A DNA stretch of 64,000 nt from Sphingobacteriia bacterium (GCA_031369485.1 JANMOT010000043.1:1595-65594), one strand, 5' to 3'. Shown: positions 29,845 through 39,410, numbered from the stretch's first letter. The notes: generated from the sequence alone by a model not told the origin. Numbers and translations: made by a program.

Positions 29845-31761
29845 ATGCAAAACAGTTTAACTATGGTGGATTCATTTGAAAAAATAGAAGTTAAAATTTA
29901 TTCTTCGGCAAAAACAGGTGCTGCATTTGTGGCAAAAGAGATTGCTGCATTAATAAAGGAAAAAGAACAGAAAGGAGAACACTGTGTATTGGGTTTAGCA
30001 ACAGGATCTACTCCTATTAATTTATATTCAGAACTGGTTAGAATGCATCGGGAGGAAGGTCTCAGTTTTAAAAACGTAATCAGCTTTAACTTAGATGAAT
30101 ATTATCCGATAGATAAAACAGCCTATCAAAGCTACTGGAGTTTTATGCATCGGCATTTATTTAATCACGTTGATATTAACCCAGTTAATATTCATTTACC
30201 CAATGGTAATGCGCCAAAGGAAGATATGAAAAAGTATTGTGAGTCCTACGAAAAAGCAATTGAAGCTACTGGTGGCATTGATTTGCAAGTATTGGGGATT
30301 GGACAAAATGGACATATTGGTTTTAATGAACCTGGATCGAGTATACTTTCTAAAACAAGATTGGTAAACTTAGAGAACAGTACTCGATTGGCAAATTCCT
30401 ACGAGTTTGAAAATATTTCTAAAGTGCCGCGGCTGGCTGTCACCATGGGTATTAGCACCATTCTAAAAGCAAAACGAATTGTTTTAATGGCATGGGGTAA
30501 CAAAGCAGGCATCGTTGCCAAGTCGGTAGAACACAATATAACCGAGACTGTTCCTGCCAGCATACTTCAGCAACACAACGATTGTTTATTTGTGGTTGAT
30601 GAGTTGGCTTCTGTTGAGCTTACACGCATAAAATCGCCTTGGCTTACTGGAGATTGTGTATGGACAAATGCTATGATTAAAAGAGCGGTTGTCTATTTGG
30701 CATTAAAATTAGAAAAATCTGTTTTAAGTCTCACCGCTGCAGATTATACTGAAAACGGATTATCAGATTTATTGGTAGAAAAAGGCGAAGCCTATGAAAT
30801 CAATCTGCAAGTATTTTATATGCTTAGAGATTCATTAACAGGATGGCCAGGAGGCAAACCCAATGCAGTTATTCCGGCACACCCCGAAAGAAGTGAGCCC
30901 TACCCAAAAAAATGCGTCATCTTCTCTCCACATCCAGATGACGATATCATTAGTATGGGTGGTACATTTATGCGATTGCACGATCAGGGTCACGAAGTGC
31001 ATGTGGCTTATCAAACCAGTGGAAATATTGCAGTTACTGATGAATTTGTCACTCGATTTATTGATTTTGCAGTAGGATTTGAAGAACTCTTTGGAATGGA
31101 CAACAGTAAGAGTAAGGAACAGTTACTCACCGCACAAACATTTATTGCTACCAAAAAGAAAGACCAGATGGATACGAAAGAAATTCGTTCTATTAAAGGT
31201 TTAATCAGAAGAGGGGAAGCAAAAGCAACCTGTAGGTATGTGGGCTTAACAGAAGATCGTTGCCACTTTATGAATATGCCTTTTTACGAAACAGGTGCCA
31301 TAGAAAAAAAGCCGCTGGGCGAAGAAGACATCATACTAACAATGGAATTGCTTCAGCGTTTAAAGCCTCATCAAATATTTTGCGCAGGAGATTTAGCGGA
31401 TCCACATGGTACGCATAGGGTTTGCTTAGAAGCGGTGTTTGAAGCACTGAAGCGATTAAAAGCTGCTGATGAGCCTTGGATAAAAGATTGTTGGGTATGG
31501 TTGTACAAAGGCGCATGGCAAGAATGGGATATTGCAGAAATTGAAATGGCCATACCAATGAGTCCCGATCAGGTAAAGAAAAAACGCTTCGGAATTTTTA
31601 TTCACCAATCACAAAAAGATATGGTTCCTTTTCAAGGGTCGGATAACCGAGAGTTTTGGCAACGAGCAGAAGATCGCAATGGCAATACAGCTAATTTGTA
31701 TGCTGCATTGGGAATGACTAAATATGCTGCAATGGAAGCATTTGTACGATGGCATTTCTAG
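29845..31761 (+). CDS. nagB: long-form glucosamine-6-phosphate deaminase (NagB domain fused to LmbE/PIG-L-like deacetylase domain)
   Basis: N-terminal NagB pattern (LGLATGSTP, GIGQNGHIGFNEPGS). The C-terminal half carries the LmbE-type motif FSPHPDDDIISMGG. Confidence 0.85.
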   Translation: MQNSLTMVDSFEKIEVKIYSSAKTGAAFVAKEIAALIKEKEQKGEHCVLGLATGSTPINLYSELVRMHREEGLSFKNVISFNLDEYYPIDKTAYQSYWSFMHRHLFNHVDINPVNIHLPNGNAPKEDMKKYCESYEKAIEATGGIDLQVLGIGQNGHIGFNEPGSSILSKTRLVNLENSTRLANSYEFENISKVPRLAVTMGISTILKAKRIVLMAWGNKAGIVAKSVEHNITETVPASILQQHNDCLFVVDELASVELTRIKSPWLTGDCVWTNAMIKRAVVYLALKLEKSVLSLTAADYTENGLSDLLVEKGEAYEINLQVFYMLRDSLTGWPGGKPNAVIPAHPERSEPYPKKCVIFSPHPDDDIISMGGTFMRLHDQGHEVHVAYQTSGNIAVTDEFVTRFIDFAVGFEELFGMDNSKSKEQLLTAQTFIATKKKDQMDTKEIRSIKGLIRRGEAKATCRYVGLTEDRCHFMNMPFYETGAIEKKPLGEEDIILTMELLQRLKPHQIFCAGDLADPHGTHRVCLEAVFEALKRLKAADEPWIKDCWVWLYKGAWQEWDIAEIEMAIPMSPDQVKKKRFGIFIHQSQKDMVPFQGSDNREFWQRAEDRNGNTANLYAALGMTKYAAMEAFVRWHF

Positions 31762-31776
31762 TTGTACTATTGCAAT

Positions 31777-32409
31777 ATGAATGAAGCATTGGCTACTTCC
31801 TGGGAAAAGCATTTGAAAAATAAAGATTTCAAGCTTAAACTACTGATAGGATTATCATTACTAATCCTACTTATTCCTGCATTGCCTGTTTTCTTTGATT
31901 ATATTGAACAAAGAAAGGGTGTGGTATTGAATGATCTGTTGCTAAATCGCCTCCCTGCTTGGAATGTTTCTATCCCCACTTTTATTATTATTTGGATACT
32001 GGTTGTATTCACACTTTACCGTTGTGTACAAAACCCAGCAATATTTCTACTTTTATTGTGGAGTTATCTTTTTTTAACTATGGGCAGAATCATCAGTCTC
32101 CTCTTAGTACCACTTGATCCTCCGCAACAAATCATTGAACTGAAAGATCCGTTGAGTAACCTATTTTATGGAAGTAAATTTATTACTAAAGATTTATTTT
32201 TCTCTGGCCATACTGCTACCCTATTCACCATGTACCTCTGCTTGCAAAAAAAATCAGATCGGCTTTTTTTATTAGTTGGATCCATTGTTATTGCTTTACT
32301 AGTACTTATTCAACATGTGCATTATACCATGGATGTAATAGCCGCGTTTATATTCTCTTATATATTTTTTAAATTGGGTAAACGGATAACAGAACTGCGG
32401 TTTAGCTGA
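31777..32409 (+). CDS. PAP2_C / sphingomyelin-synthase-like phospholipid head-group transferase
   Basis: Polytopic membrane protein with the SMS-family motifs D-x3-SGHT (KDLFFSGHTA) and HYTxDV (HVHYTMDVIAA). ATG at 31777 preferred over the TTG at 31762. Confidence 0.65.
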   Translation: MNEALATSWEKHLKNKDFKLKLLIGLSLLILLIPALPVFFDYIEQRKGVVLNDLLLNRLPAWNVSIPTFIIIWILVVFTLYRCVQNPAIFLLLLWSYLFLTMGRIISLLLVPLDPPQQIIELKDPLSNLFYGSKFITKDLFFSGHTATLFTMYLCLQKKSDRLFLLVGSIVIALLVLIQHVHYTMDVIAAFIFSYIFFKLGKRITELRFS

Positions 32410-33322
32410 TACTAATAATTATATTATCTACCAATTTTTTAAACCACTTACTGTTCTTAATCATCCATTGAAAAAGAAATATTCCAGTAATGCCACAAAT
32501 AATTCCTGCTAATACATCTAATATATAATGGTGACTTGTATACACCGCTGCAAACCAAATGCCCAATATATTAATAGCAAATACATAGTTCCATTTACCC
32601 ATTTTAAACTTTATGCCATAGTACAATACAATCAGCGGGTAGGAAGCATGTAAGGACGGCATAGCTGCAAAAACATTTGAACTTTTTTCGTATAGATGCT
32701 TGAAAATAGTAGTATTAAAATAAGCATCAAAACGAGCAAGACCCGCAGCATTTCCGGGCGTGCCAGCAATAAAATCAAACCCATACTGTTGTACATACCA
32801 AGGCGGTGCAGCGGGATATATATAATAAACGATAAAACCCATACAATTTACCAAAAGAAAACTGAGTGAAAAATAAAAAAAATGCTGGCGGTTCTTAAAA
32901 AATAAATAAGCAGCAAAAACGAGGGGTACTGGCATCCAGCTCAGGTAAAAAAAACCAGTAAATATATCCAGTAAATTATTATGCTTGTTCAGCCAATATT
33001 CATTTGGTGTAACAATTTGGTCATTAATATGAATACCAAATAATTGTTTTTCAGCATGATATAACTGTTCTATATGAACCGTATTGTATAAATAATTTGG
33101 GAATGCCTTCATATAATCAAATAAAATCCAGAAGACAATAAAAACAGAAAATCCTAAAATAAATTTCCTTGTAATGGGAGAGGAAAAATAACAACCCAAA
33201 AAAATCAGTACTAAAACAAGCTGTTCTTGTTTGTATCCGATTAGCCAATCTGAAAGCAGCAAGTAACCAACACCAATTAGCAGTACAACGGAAATGTTTT
33301 TATAGTTTAAGGAAGCTGACAT
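32402..33322 (-). CDS. AUR1-like PAP2 protein, probable inositol phosphorylceramide synthase
   Basis: Motifs AMPSLHASYP and TSHHYILDVLAG resemble the AUR1/IPC-synthase (PAP2_3) catalytic motifs. It is the last gene of the inositol-lipid operon. Confidence 0.65.
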   Translation of the reverse strand: MSASLNYKNISVVLLIGVGYLLLSDWLIGYKQEQLVLVLIFLGCYFSSPITRKFILGFSVFIVFWILFDYMKAFPNYLYNTVHIEQLYHAEKQLFGIHINDQIVTPNEYWLNKHNNLLDIFTGFFYLSWMPVPLVFAAYLFFKNRQHFFYFSLSFLLVNCMGFIVYYIYPAAPPWYVQQYGFDFIAGTPGNAAGLARFDAYFNTTIFKHLYEKSSNVFAAMPSLHASYPLIVLYYGIKFKMGKWNYVFAINILGIWFAAVYTSHHYILDVLAGIICGITGIFLFQWMIKNSKWFKKLVDNIIISIS

Positions 33323-33329
33323 TAAAATG

Positions 33330-33944
33330 CTACGGTTTAAATCTTTCTACAATGGGTTTACCTGTTGCCAACTCTGTTCCTTTTAATTCTATATATACAA
33401 TATTGGGCTTGAATAATGAACCACCAGCATCAACACGAATAAATACCCTATTTAGAATTGCATTTTTTTTATTAATTAATGTAAATATTCGATAGCTTGA
33501 TTCTGTGGGCAATTTGCGTAAGACAAGTTCATGTTTTTTATAGGCAACCAGCCGAATGCTAAAACTTCCATCCTTATTTTTATCTGACATAGTACCATAA
33601 GCAAATGTCCGCTGTATTACATTCAACTCTTTGCGCATTCCTCCTTCTGAATAACGAATCCAGAAAACCTTGATCGGATTTGAATCATCTAAAACACCTT
33701 TTGAATTGGTATTCAAAGCGTAAACAATTGTATTGGTATTGGTTGTACGTTGCAAATAAAACAACTGATTGGCAATATTTGAAGGTATTGGAAATGTATC
33801 CTGTGGATCTAAAAACAAGGGAGAAATATATTTACTCTCAGCAGCATTGCTGGTGAAAATTATTACTATTAATCCTACAAAAAATAAGAGCAGCACCAAA
33901 ATAGGTCTCAAAAGAGCGTAAAAACGAATCAACAAATATTGCAT
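33330..33944 (-). CDS. DUF4833-like protein (N-terminal membrane anchor)
   Basis: 204-aa ORF with one N-terminal TM helix. Conserved-looking LFYLQRTTNTNTIVYA and VFWIRYSEGG segments. The family assignment is from memory. Sits 7 nt upstream of the AUR1-like gene. Confidence 0.6.
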   Translation of the reverse strand: MQYLLIRFYALLRPILVLLLFFVGLIVIIFTSNAAESKYISPLFLDPQDTFPIPSNIANQLFYLQRTTNTNTIVYALNTNSKGVLDDSNPIKVFWIRYSEGGMRKELNVIQRTFAYGTMSDKNKDGSFSIRLVAYKKHELVLRKLPTESSYRIFTLINKKNAILNRVFIRVDAGGSLFKPNIVYIELKGTELATGKPIVERFKP

Positions 33945-33955
33945 TGATAAATTAA

Positions 33956-34693
33956 TTAATAATTGGAAAGTCGATCTTTTTGATCCAGCACCACTTTTGC
34001 ATTTGCCAACCTTTTAAAAGCAGTAAAATTAGTAAGCACTGCCATTAATGAAATAGGGATGGTAAAAATTGAAATGGTTTCAAATACTTGTATACTTGTT
34101 CCAGGTAAATATATTTTATAATCGCTCCCAATAAAATAAGCAGTAATACCGCATAGTACACCAGAAACACCAATGGTAATAACTCGCTCAGGCCTTTGCA
34201 TTAGTCCATCCTTACAAGCAACTCCCAGCCCTTCTGCCCTTGCCCTTGTATAGCTTACCATCATAGATCCAATTAACGCAATAAATGCAAACAGCGAACT
34301 GTAAAAATAGTGGTGAGCAATCAGGTAATAACAAATGCCTAGAAATAAAATTAATTCACTGTATCTATCCAGCACTGAGTCAAATAAAGCACCAAAAGAA
34401 GAGCTCATTTTACCCAATCTTGCCACTTGTCCATCCAGCATATCAAATACACCTGCAAACAAAACCAATGCACCAGCCCAACCAATATAACTGAGTTCAC
34501 CTCGATGGCCTTTTTCTGCACCTTCAATAAAAATAATTGTTACCAATATATTCAATATCAATCCAATTAGAGTTACTGCATTGGGAGTGAGTCCCATCCA
34601 AATTAGAGACTTTACCAATGGATTAATTACCCAATAAATTGCATGTTGAATTTTATCTCTTATACTGTTTTTATCGTTATTTTTTGGATGCAT
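33956..34693 (-). CDS. CDP-alcohol phosphatidyltransferase (probable phosphatidylinositol-phosphate synthase)
   Basis: Complete D-x2-DG-x2-AR-x8-G-x3-D-x3-D motif (DMLDGQVARLGKMSSSFGALFDSVLDRYSE). Operon context with inositol-3-phosphate synthase. Confidence 0.8.
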   Translation of the reverse strand: MHPKNNDKNSIRDKIQHAIYWVINPLVKSLIWMGLTPNAVTLIGLILNILVTIIFIEGAEKGHRGELSYIGWAGALVLFAGVFDMLDGQVARLGKMSSSFGALFDSVLDRYSELILFLGICYYLIAHHYFYSSLFAFIALIGSMMVSYTRARAEGLGVACKDGLMQRPERVITIGVSGVLCGITAYFIGSDYKIYLPGTSIQVFETISIFTIPISLMAVLTNFTAFKRLANAKVVLDQKDRLSNY

Positions 34694-34696
34694 ATA

Positions 34697-37264
34697 TTAG
34701 AAATCAAATCTAAATCTGGTTCTGATACCCAAGGGTGATACTTCAGGATGATTGGTATAGGTAAATCTTCTTACCAGATCTACCCGAAGTATTTTAAATA
34801 TATTTTCTATCCCAACACTACCCTCCATATAAGGAATTGTTTTATCTAATGCAAAAGTAGTGGTTATATTATTGGTTTTTGGATACTGAAAAAGGGCAGG
34901 ATTTAGGTTGGGATTATTTTCATCTCTAACGCCACCATACAATATTTTAAATGAAGCCACTTCTCTAAGTTTCAATTTTTTTAGCAATGGGATTCGATTA
35001 AAGGCAATCCCCATAAAGTGATGTACCCAAGTAAAAGATGCATACCTATCACTTACAAATTCTAAAAAATTCATGAGGTTGTAGGAATTGAGCTGATACG
35101 CAAAAGTTTGGTTAGCCCGGTGAATGGTGAGCAAGGGAAAAGGCAGTTGTCCAAAAACATATCCCGATTCCATGGTTGCATCTGCGTAACCAAGTCGCGA
35201 TAAATAAAATCTTTTTTCAGCACGTAAATCAAACCGATGATAATTGTATTCTCCACCTAATAATCCCGATACTCCGGCAGCATAATTAAGTGTAAAAATA
35301 GGATACTTATTAAAAATAGGTATGCGATACACTTTACCTTGGTAAAACTGCTCTTTGGGTGCCCATCGGAAAGACGCATTTAATTCCGTAGTAGTAATAC
35401 CGGGAACCTGAACTGGAATATTATTTTGAATTTTAGTATACGCTAGAATTCCAGCGGGTTGTTGATTCCAATTTCGAATACCTACAGAATATGAAACCCT
35501 GTTTTTAAACTCTTTTACAAATTCAAACTGGTAGCTTTTATTATACAACCACCGTTCATTATTACCCCGTTTAAAGGAGAGTAAAAAATTATCTTCTTGC
35601 ACAAATTCCAAATCCTGACCGGGAATTTTGGTGTCGTTTTGTGCACTAAGTCGAATATAATTTAATGGGAAGGTATAAATTGATTTATTGTTTAATGAAT
35701 AAGTAGCGCTTAAAAAGTATTTCCATCTTTCGTCTTTAAATCCGTAAGCACCATAGGTTTCAAAATAAATTCTTTTACTTAATGAAGGGGTAGTTCTACC
35801 ACCAAAGCGGAGCCGAAAACCTTCCACTGGATTAAAACTGTAAAATGCATTTACAGGCCCAATTTCAAAAGGCCCCACTGAACCATATCCTGCAAAAAGC
35901 AGTGTTACCATGGCCATGGTTCTGCGAAAAGAAGGCATTTTTTCTAGGCTATCAATATTACTGTATACTTTGGCTTCACTGGAAGATAGTTGCTCGTGTC
36001 TTTTGCTTACCCAAAAGCTATCAGATAATTTTTCATTGTTGTTTGTACGCACAATTGACTCGCCTAAATAAAAACTATCAGGTCGAGATTGGTTGATGGT
36101 GAAATTTTTATAAGAGACTGTTCTTTCCCCAAAAAATCCGCCACTAGATTTACTTTTACTCAATCCCATATCTGCCATCAAATTGCTCTTAATTAAGTGA
36201 TAGCGCTTATCGGTTCCTTTCTCAAAGTCTAAGTCAACATGTAATTCTTTTATCCAATTGATATTTGCATTTTTACTTAAGAACATATTTATTTTCTGAA
36301 TACCGTAGTTGCCATCTAGTGTGATATACATGGTGCCTCTGAACAATAAGTCATTGGTATTTCGGGGCGTAAAATACATTTTAACCAACTTAACGCCATC
36401 ATTATCGGTAATGGTATCTCGTATATAATACATGTAAAAATTGGGAGCAGAATTGGCAATGGGACTTAAAAATTGATACGCAAAAATGGGAATATCATTG
36501 TCATAAATATTTACATTTTCGTAAAGCCTTTTCAATAAAGTACTTAAGCCATCATTATCCACATAACTACCAAAATTCACTTTCTTTTCTCCTATTATAA
36601 TCGATTTTTTATTTTCAGGAGACTTTCGCAGGTATTGCCTGGAGAGGTTTTCCTCTAAATAGATGGGGAGTAAACTTTTTCCTTCAATTTTGGAAGTATC
36701 TCTGTTTTCAAAAAGAAAATTATATTTTTTCAATAGTTTACTATTGGTTAGTTTATCAGATGCATTACTAAGTGCAGCCTGAATTTTTTCATATTGCTCA
36801 AACTCCACATAATCGTAACTACTGGTTTTATTCTCTTCCCTATGTTCAATCACCCTCCTGATTAATTCAACTGCAGGATTATTTCGATTGGTATATTTAG
36901 CGCGCTTATTGGTGGTAACGGTAACATTGCTGGTTAAAGCGGGGTCTAACCCCATTTCAATATTTAATAATTGTTCTTTTCCTTTGGGTACTATAAATTG
37001 CAAGGATCTATATCCGATAAAACTAACCATTACCCTTGTACTACCCGATGAAGTTTTAATTTCAAATTGACCAAGGCTATCCGTAGCAATTCCTCTCCCT
37101 CCTTTAAAATAAACGCTGGCACCTGTAATAGGTTTGCGGGATACAGAATCTACCACTACCCCTTTTACCACAGTTACTTGTGCGGTAACTTTTGTGAGTA
37201 AGATGATTAACACAAATAAAACCAGTCCAACTCTTCCACCTTTCATTCCATTCATACACTTCAA
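34697..37264 (-). CDS. CarboxypepD_reg-like + DUF5686 outer-membrane protein
   Basis: Signal peptide. N-terminal carboxypeptidase-regulatory-like fold (VKGVVVDSVSRKPITGASVYFKG). Beta-rich 855-aa body ending in the aromatic C-terminus RFRFDF typical of OM beta-barrels. Confidence 0.7.
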   Translation of the reverse strand: MKCMNGMKGGRVGLVLFVLIILLTKVTAQVTVVKGVVVDSVSRKPITGASVYFKGGRGIATDSLGQFEIKTSSGSTRVMVSFIGYRSLQFIVPKGKEQLLNIEMGLDPALTSNVTVTTNKRAKYTNRNNPAVELIRRVIEHREENKTSSYDYVEFEQYEKIQAALSNASDKLTNSKLLKKYNFLFENRDTSKIEGKSLLPIYLEENLSRQYLRKSPENKKSIIIGEKKVNFGSYVDNDGLSTLLKRLYENVNIYDNDIPIFAYQFLSPIANSAPNFYMYYIRDTITDNDGVKLVKMYFTPRNTNDLLFRGTMYITLDGNYGIQKINMFLSKNANINWIKELHVDLDFEKGTDKRYHLIKSNLMADMGLSKSKSSGGFFGERTVSYKNFTINQSRPDSFYLGESIVRTNNNEKLSDSFWVSKRHEQLSSSEAKVYSNIDSLEKMPSFRRTMAMVTLLFAGYGSVGPFEIGPVNAFYSFNPVEGFRLRFGGRTTPSLSKRIYFETYGAYGFKDERWKYFLSATYSLNNKSIYTFPLNYIRLSAQNDTKIPGQDLEFVQEDNFLLSFKRGNNERWLYNKSYQFEFVKEFKNRVSYSVGIRNWNQQPAGILAYTKIQNNIPVQVPGITTTELNASFRWAPKEQFYQGKVYRIPIFNKYPIFTLNYAAGVSGLLGGEYNYHRFDLRAEKRFYLSRLGYADATMESGYVFGQLPFPLLTIHRANQTFAYQLNSYNLMNFLEFVSDRYASFTWVHHFMGIAFNRIPLLKKLKLREVASFKILYGGVRDENNPNLNPALFQYPKTNNITTTFALDKTIPYMEGSVGIENIFKILRVDLVRRFTYTNHPEVSPLGIRTRFRFDF

Positions 37265-37642
37265 TTATTTAAATACGTATTTTTCTTGTAAGAAATAGTT
37301 ATAGGATATTCCTACTATTATTGATACAAATACTTTTGAAAAAAAATAGTTCAGATCCAATACCTTAACCATGAATGCAAAACCAAAAAAATTCAAGGCG
37401 AAATTACCCATCCATACTAAAACATACCTGAATACTTGTTTTATTAATATTCCATTACTTGCGTTAAATACCCAATGCCTTCCAATTATAAAGTTAAGAA
37501 TACCACCAGTAATTGTTCCAGACGCTCCTGCAAATAGAGCAGGTATTTTTAATAATTCTACCAACACAACCGTGGTAGTAAAATCAACGGATGATGCAAT
37601 TAATGAAGAAGCCTGTGCTTTTAAAAAAATTGATTTTACCAT
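37265..37642 (-). CDS. GtrA-family membrane protein
   Basis: 125 aa, four TM segments. Ends with the GtrA-like sequence NYFLQEKYVFK. Its stop abuts the start of the DUF5686 gene. Confidence 0.75.
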   Translation of the reverse strand: MVKSIFLKAQASSLIASSVDFTTTVVLVELLKIPALFAGASGTITGGILNFIIGRHWVFNASNGILIKQVFRYVLVWMGNFALNFFGFAFMVKVLDLNYFFSKVFVSIIVGISYNYFLQEKYVFK

Positions 37643-38085
37643 AGCTTTAGATAAATAATTACTTGCAAAATAATATTGGCATAAATACCTGCCAATACAT
37701 CATCTGCCATCACACCCCACCCACCAGGCAATTGTTCTAGCCGGTTAATATATAACGGTTTTAAAATATCGAATACCCTAAAGAGTATTAATCCCATCAT
37801 TATATTTTCAATAGAGATTGGTATCAATAAAAGCGTTACAAACATTCCTGCCACTTCATCTATTACTACCCTACTATTGTCTTTACCCCAAATAGATTCA
37901 ACTTGATTGCCACCCCATACACCATAAGCAGTTATAAAAGCAGTCATCATTAATGTATAGAGTGGAGGCCAAAATCTACTCATTAAAAACCAAATTAAGC
38001 AAGCCAATATTGCAGCTATAGTACCACCTCCTTTTCGGATATATCCGATTCCAAATACACTGGTTATGATTTTATGAAACTGCAT
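37636..38085 (-). CDS. pgpA: PgpA-family phosphatase (probable phosphatidylinositol-phosphate phosphatase)
   Basis: GIGYIRKGGGTIAA, VIDEVAGM and RVFDILKP motifs of phosphatidylglycerophosphatase A. Overlaps the GtrA start by 7 nt. Confidence 0.8.
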   Translation of the reverse strand: MQFHKIITSVFGIGYIRKGGGTIAAILACLIWFLMSRFWPPLYTLMMTAFITAYGVWGGNQVESIWGKDNSRVVIDEVAGMFVTLLLIPISIENIMMGLILFRVFDILKPLYINRLEQLPGGWGVMADDVLAGIYANIILQVIIYLKLW

Positions 38086-39410
38086 TATAAATATTGGGCT
38101 TCGTCCTCATAATAATCCAATCCCAGATGGGTAATCAAGTCTTCCCCCATCATATGCCTCAGCGTATTCTGTAATTTAATAAGCTGTTTGAATATATCGT
38201 GTTCGGGGCGAAGTTCTGGTGCAGTTTGTGGCGATTTAAAATAAAACGACAACCATTCTTGAATACCACTCATGCCAGCTCTTTTTGCCAAGTCCATAAA
38301 TAAAGCAAGATCTAATACAATAGGTGCGGCAAGGATGGAATCGCGACAAAGAAAGTTTATTTTAATCTGCATTCCATAGCCCAGCCAACCAAATATGTCA
38401 ATATTATCCCAGCTCTCTTTATTATCACCATGAGGGGGATAGTAATTGATTCTCACTTTATGGTAAATATCGCCATAAAGATCTGGACTCATTTCAGGTT
38501 GAAAAATATCTTCTAGTACACTTAATTTAGAAACTTCTTTTGTTTTAAAATTATCGGGATCATCCAATACCAGCCCATCTCTATTTCCTAAAATATTGGT
38601 AGAGAACCAACCCTTAACACCCAAAGCCCTTGCTTGTAAACCAGGAGCTAATATTGTTTTCATAAGGGTTTGACCGGTCTTAAAATCCTTTCCTGCTATA
38701 GGAGTTCCAGTGGTTTTAGCAAGGCTTTCTAATGCGGGAATGTCTACCGAAAGATTGGGGGCTCCATTTGCAAAAGGAATTCCCATTTTAACCGCTGCAT
38801 AAGCATAGATCATGCTTGGAGCAATAGCTGGATCATTCTGCCTTAGCCCTTCTTCAAAAGCTTCAATGGTTTCATGAACCGCAGATACTTCAATGTATTT
38901 TTCGGTAGAGCCACACCAAATAATAACGAGACGACTGCAACCATTGTTTTTTTGAAACAATTCCATGTCCCTTATTAGTTCCATTGCCAGTTCCATTTTA
39001 GTAGCTGCGGCTTTAATATTTGTACCTGTTATATTTTTTATATACGACCCATCAAAAACCGCTTTCATGGGTTTAATTAATTCCAGTTCAGGTTTTAGGG
39101 CATGTAATAAAACTGGTTCTAACACTTTGGAATTCATGGCAGCCTCAAAAACATTGTCGGTATAAATATCCCATCCACCAAAAACAATATCGGTTAACCC
39201 AGCAAGTGGAACAAAGTCTTTGATTAACGGATACCTATTCTCAGTCCGTTTACCCAGCCTGATATTACCCATTTGAGTAAGTGCTCCAATTGGCTTAGAC
39301 AATCCTTTGTTGATGGCAATAACCCCAGCAATCATTGTTGTAGCTACGGCACCAAGGCCAGGAATCAAAATTCCTAATTTACCTTCTGCTGGAGCGATAT
39401 TTTTTTTCAT
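38085..39410 (-). CDS. inositol-3-phosphate synthase (MIPS)
   Basis: 441 aa. NAD-binding start GILIPGLGAVATTMIAG. Overall MIPS-like sequence. Stop overlaps the pgpA start (TAATG). Confidence 0.9.
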   Translation of the reverse strand: MKKNIAPAEGKLGILIPGLGAVATTMIAGVIAINKGLSKPIGALTQMGNIRLGKRTENRYPLIKDFVPLAGLTDIVFGGWDIYTDNVFEAAMNSKVLEPVLLHALKPELELIKPMKAVFDGSYIKNITGTNIKAAATKMELAMELIRDMELFQKNNGCSRLVIIWCGSTEKYIEVSAVHETIEAFEEGLRQNDPAIAPSMIYAYAAVKMGIPFANGAPNLSVDIPALESLAKTTGTPIAGKDFKTGQTLMKTILAPGLQARALGVKGWFSTNILGNRDGLVLDDPDNFKTKEVSKLSVLEDIFQPEMSPDLYGDIYHKVRINYYPPHGDNKESWDNIDIFGWLGYGMQIKINFLCRDSILAAPIVLDLALFMDLAKRAGMSGIQEWLSFYFKSPQTAPELRPEHDIFKQLIKLQNTLRHMMGEDLITHLGLDYYEDEAQYL

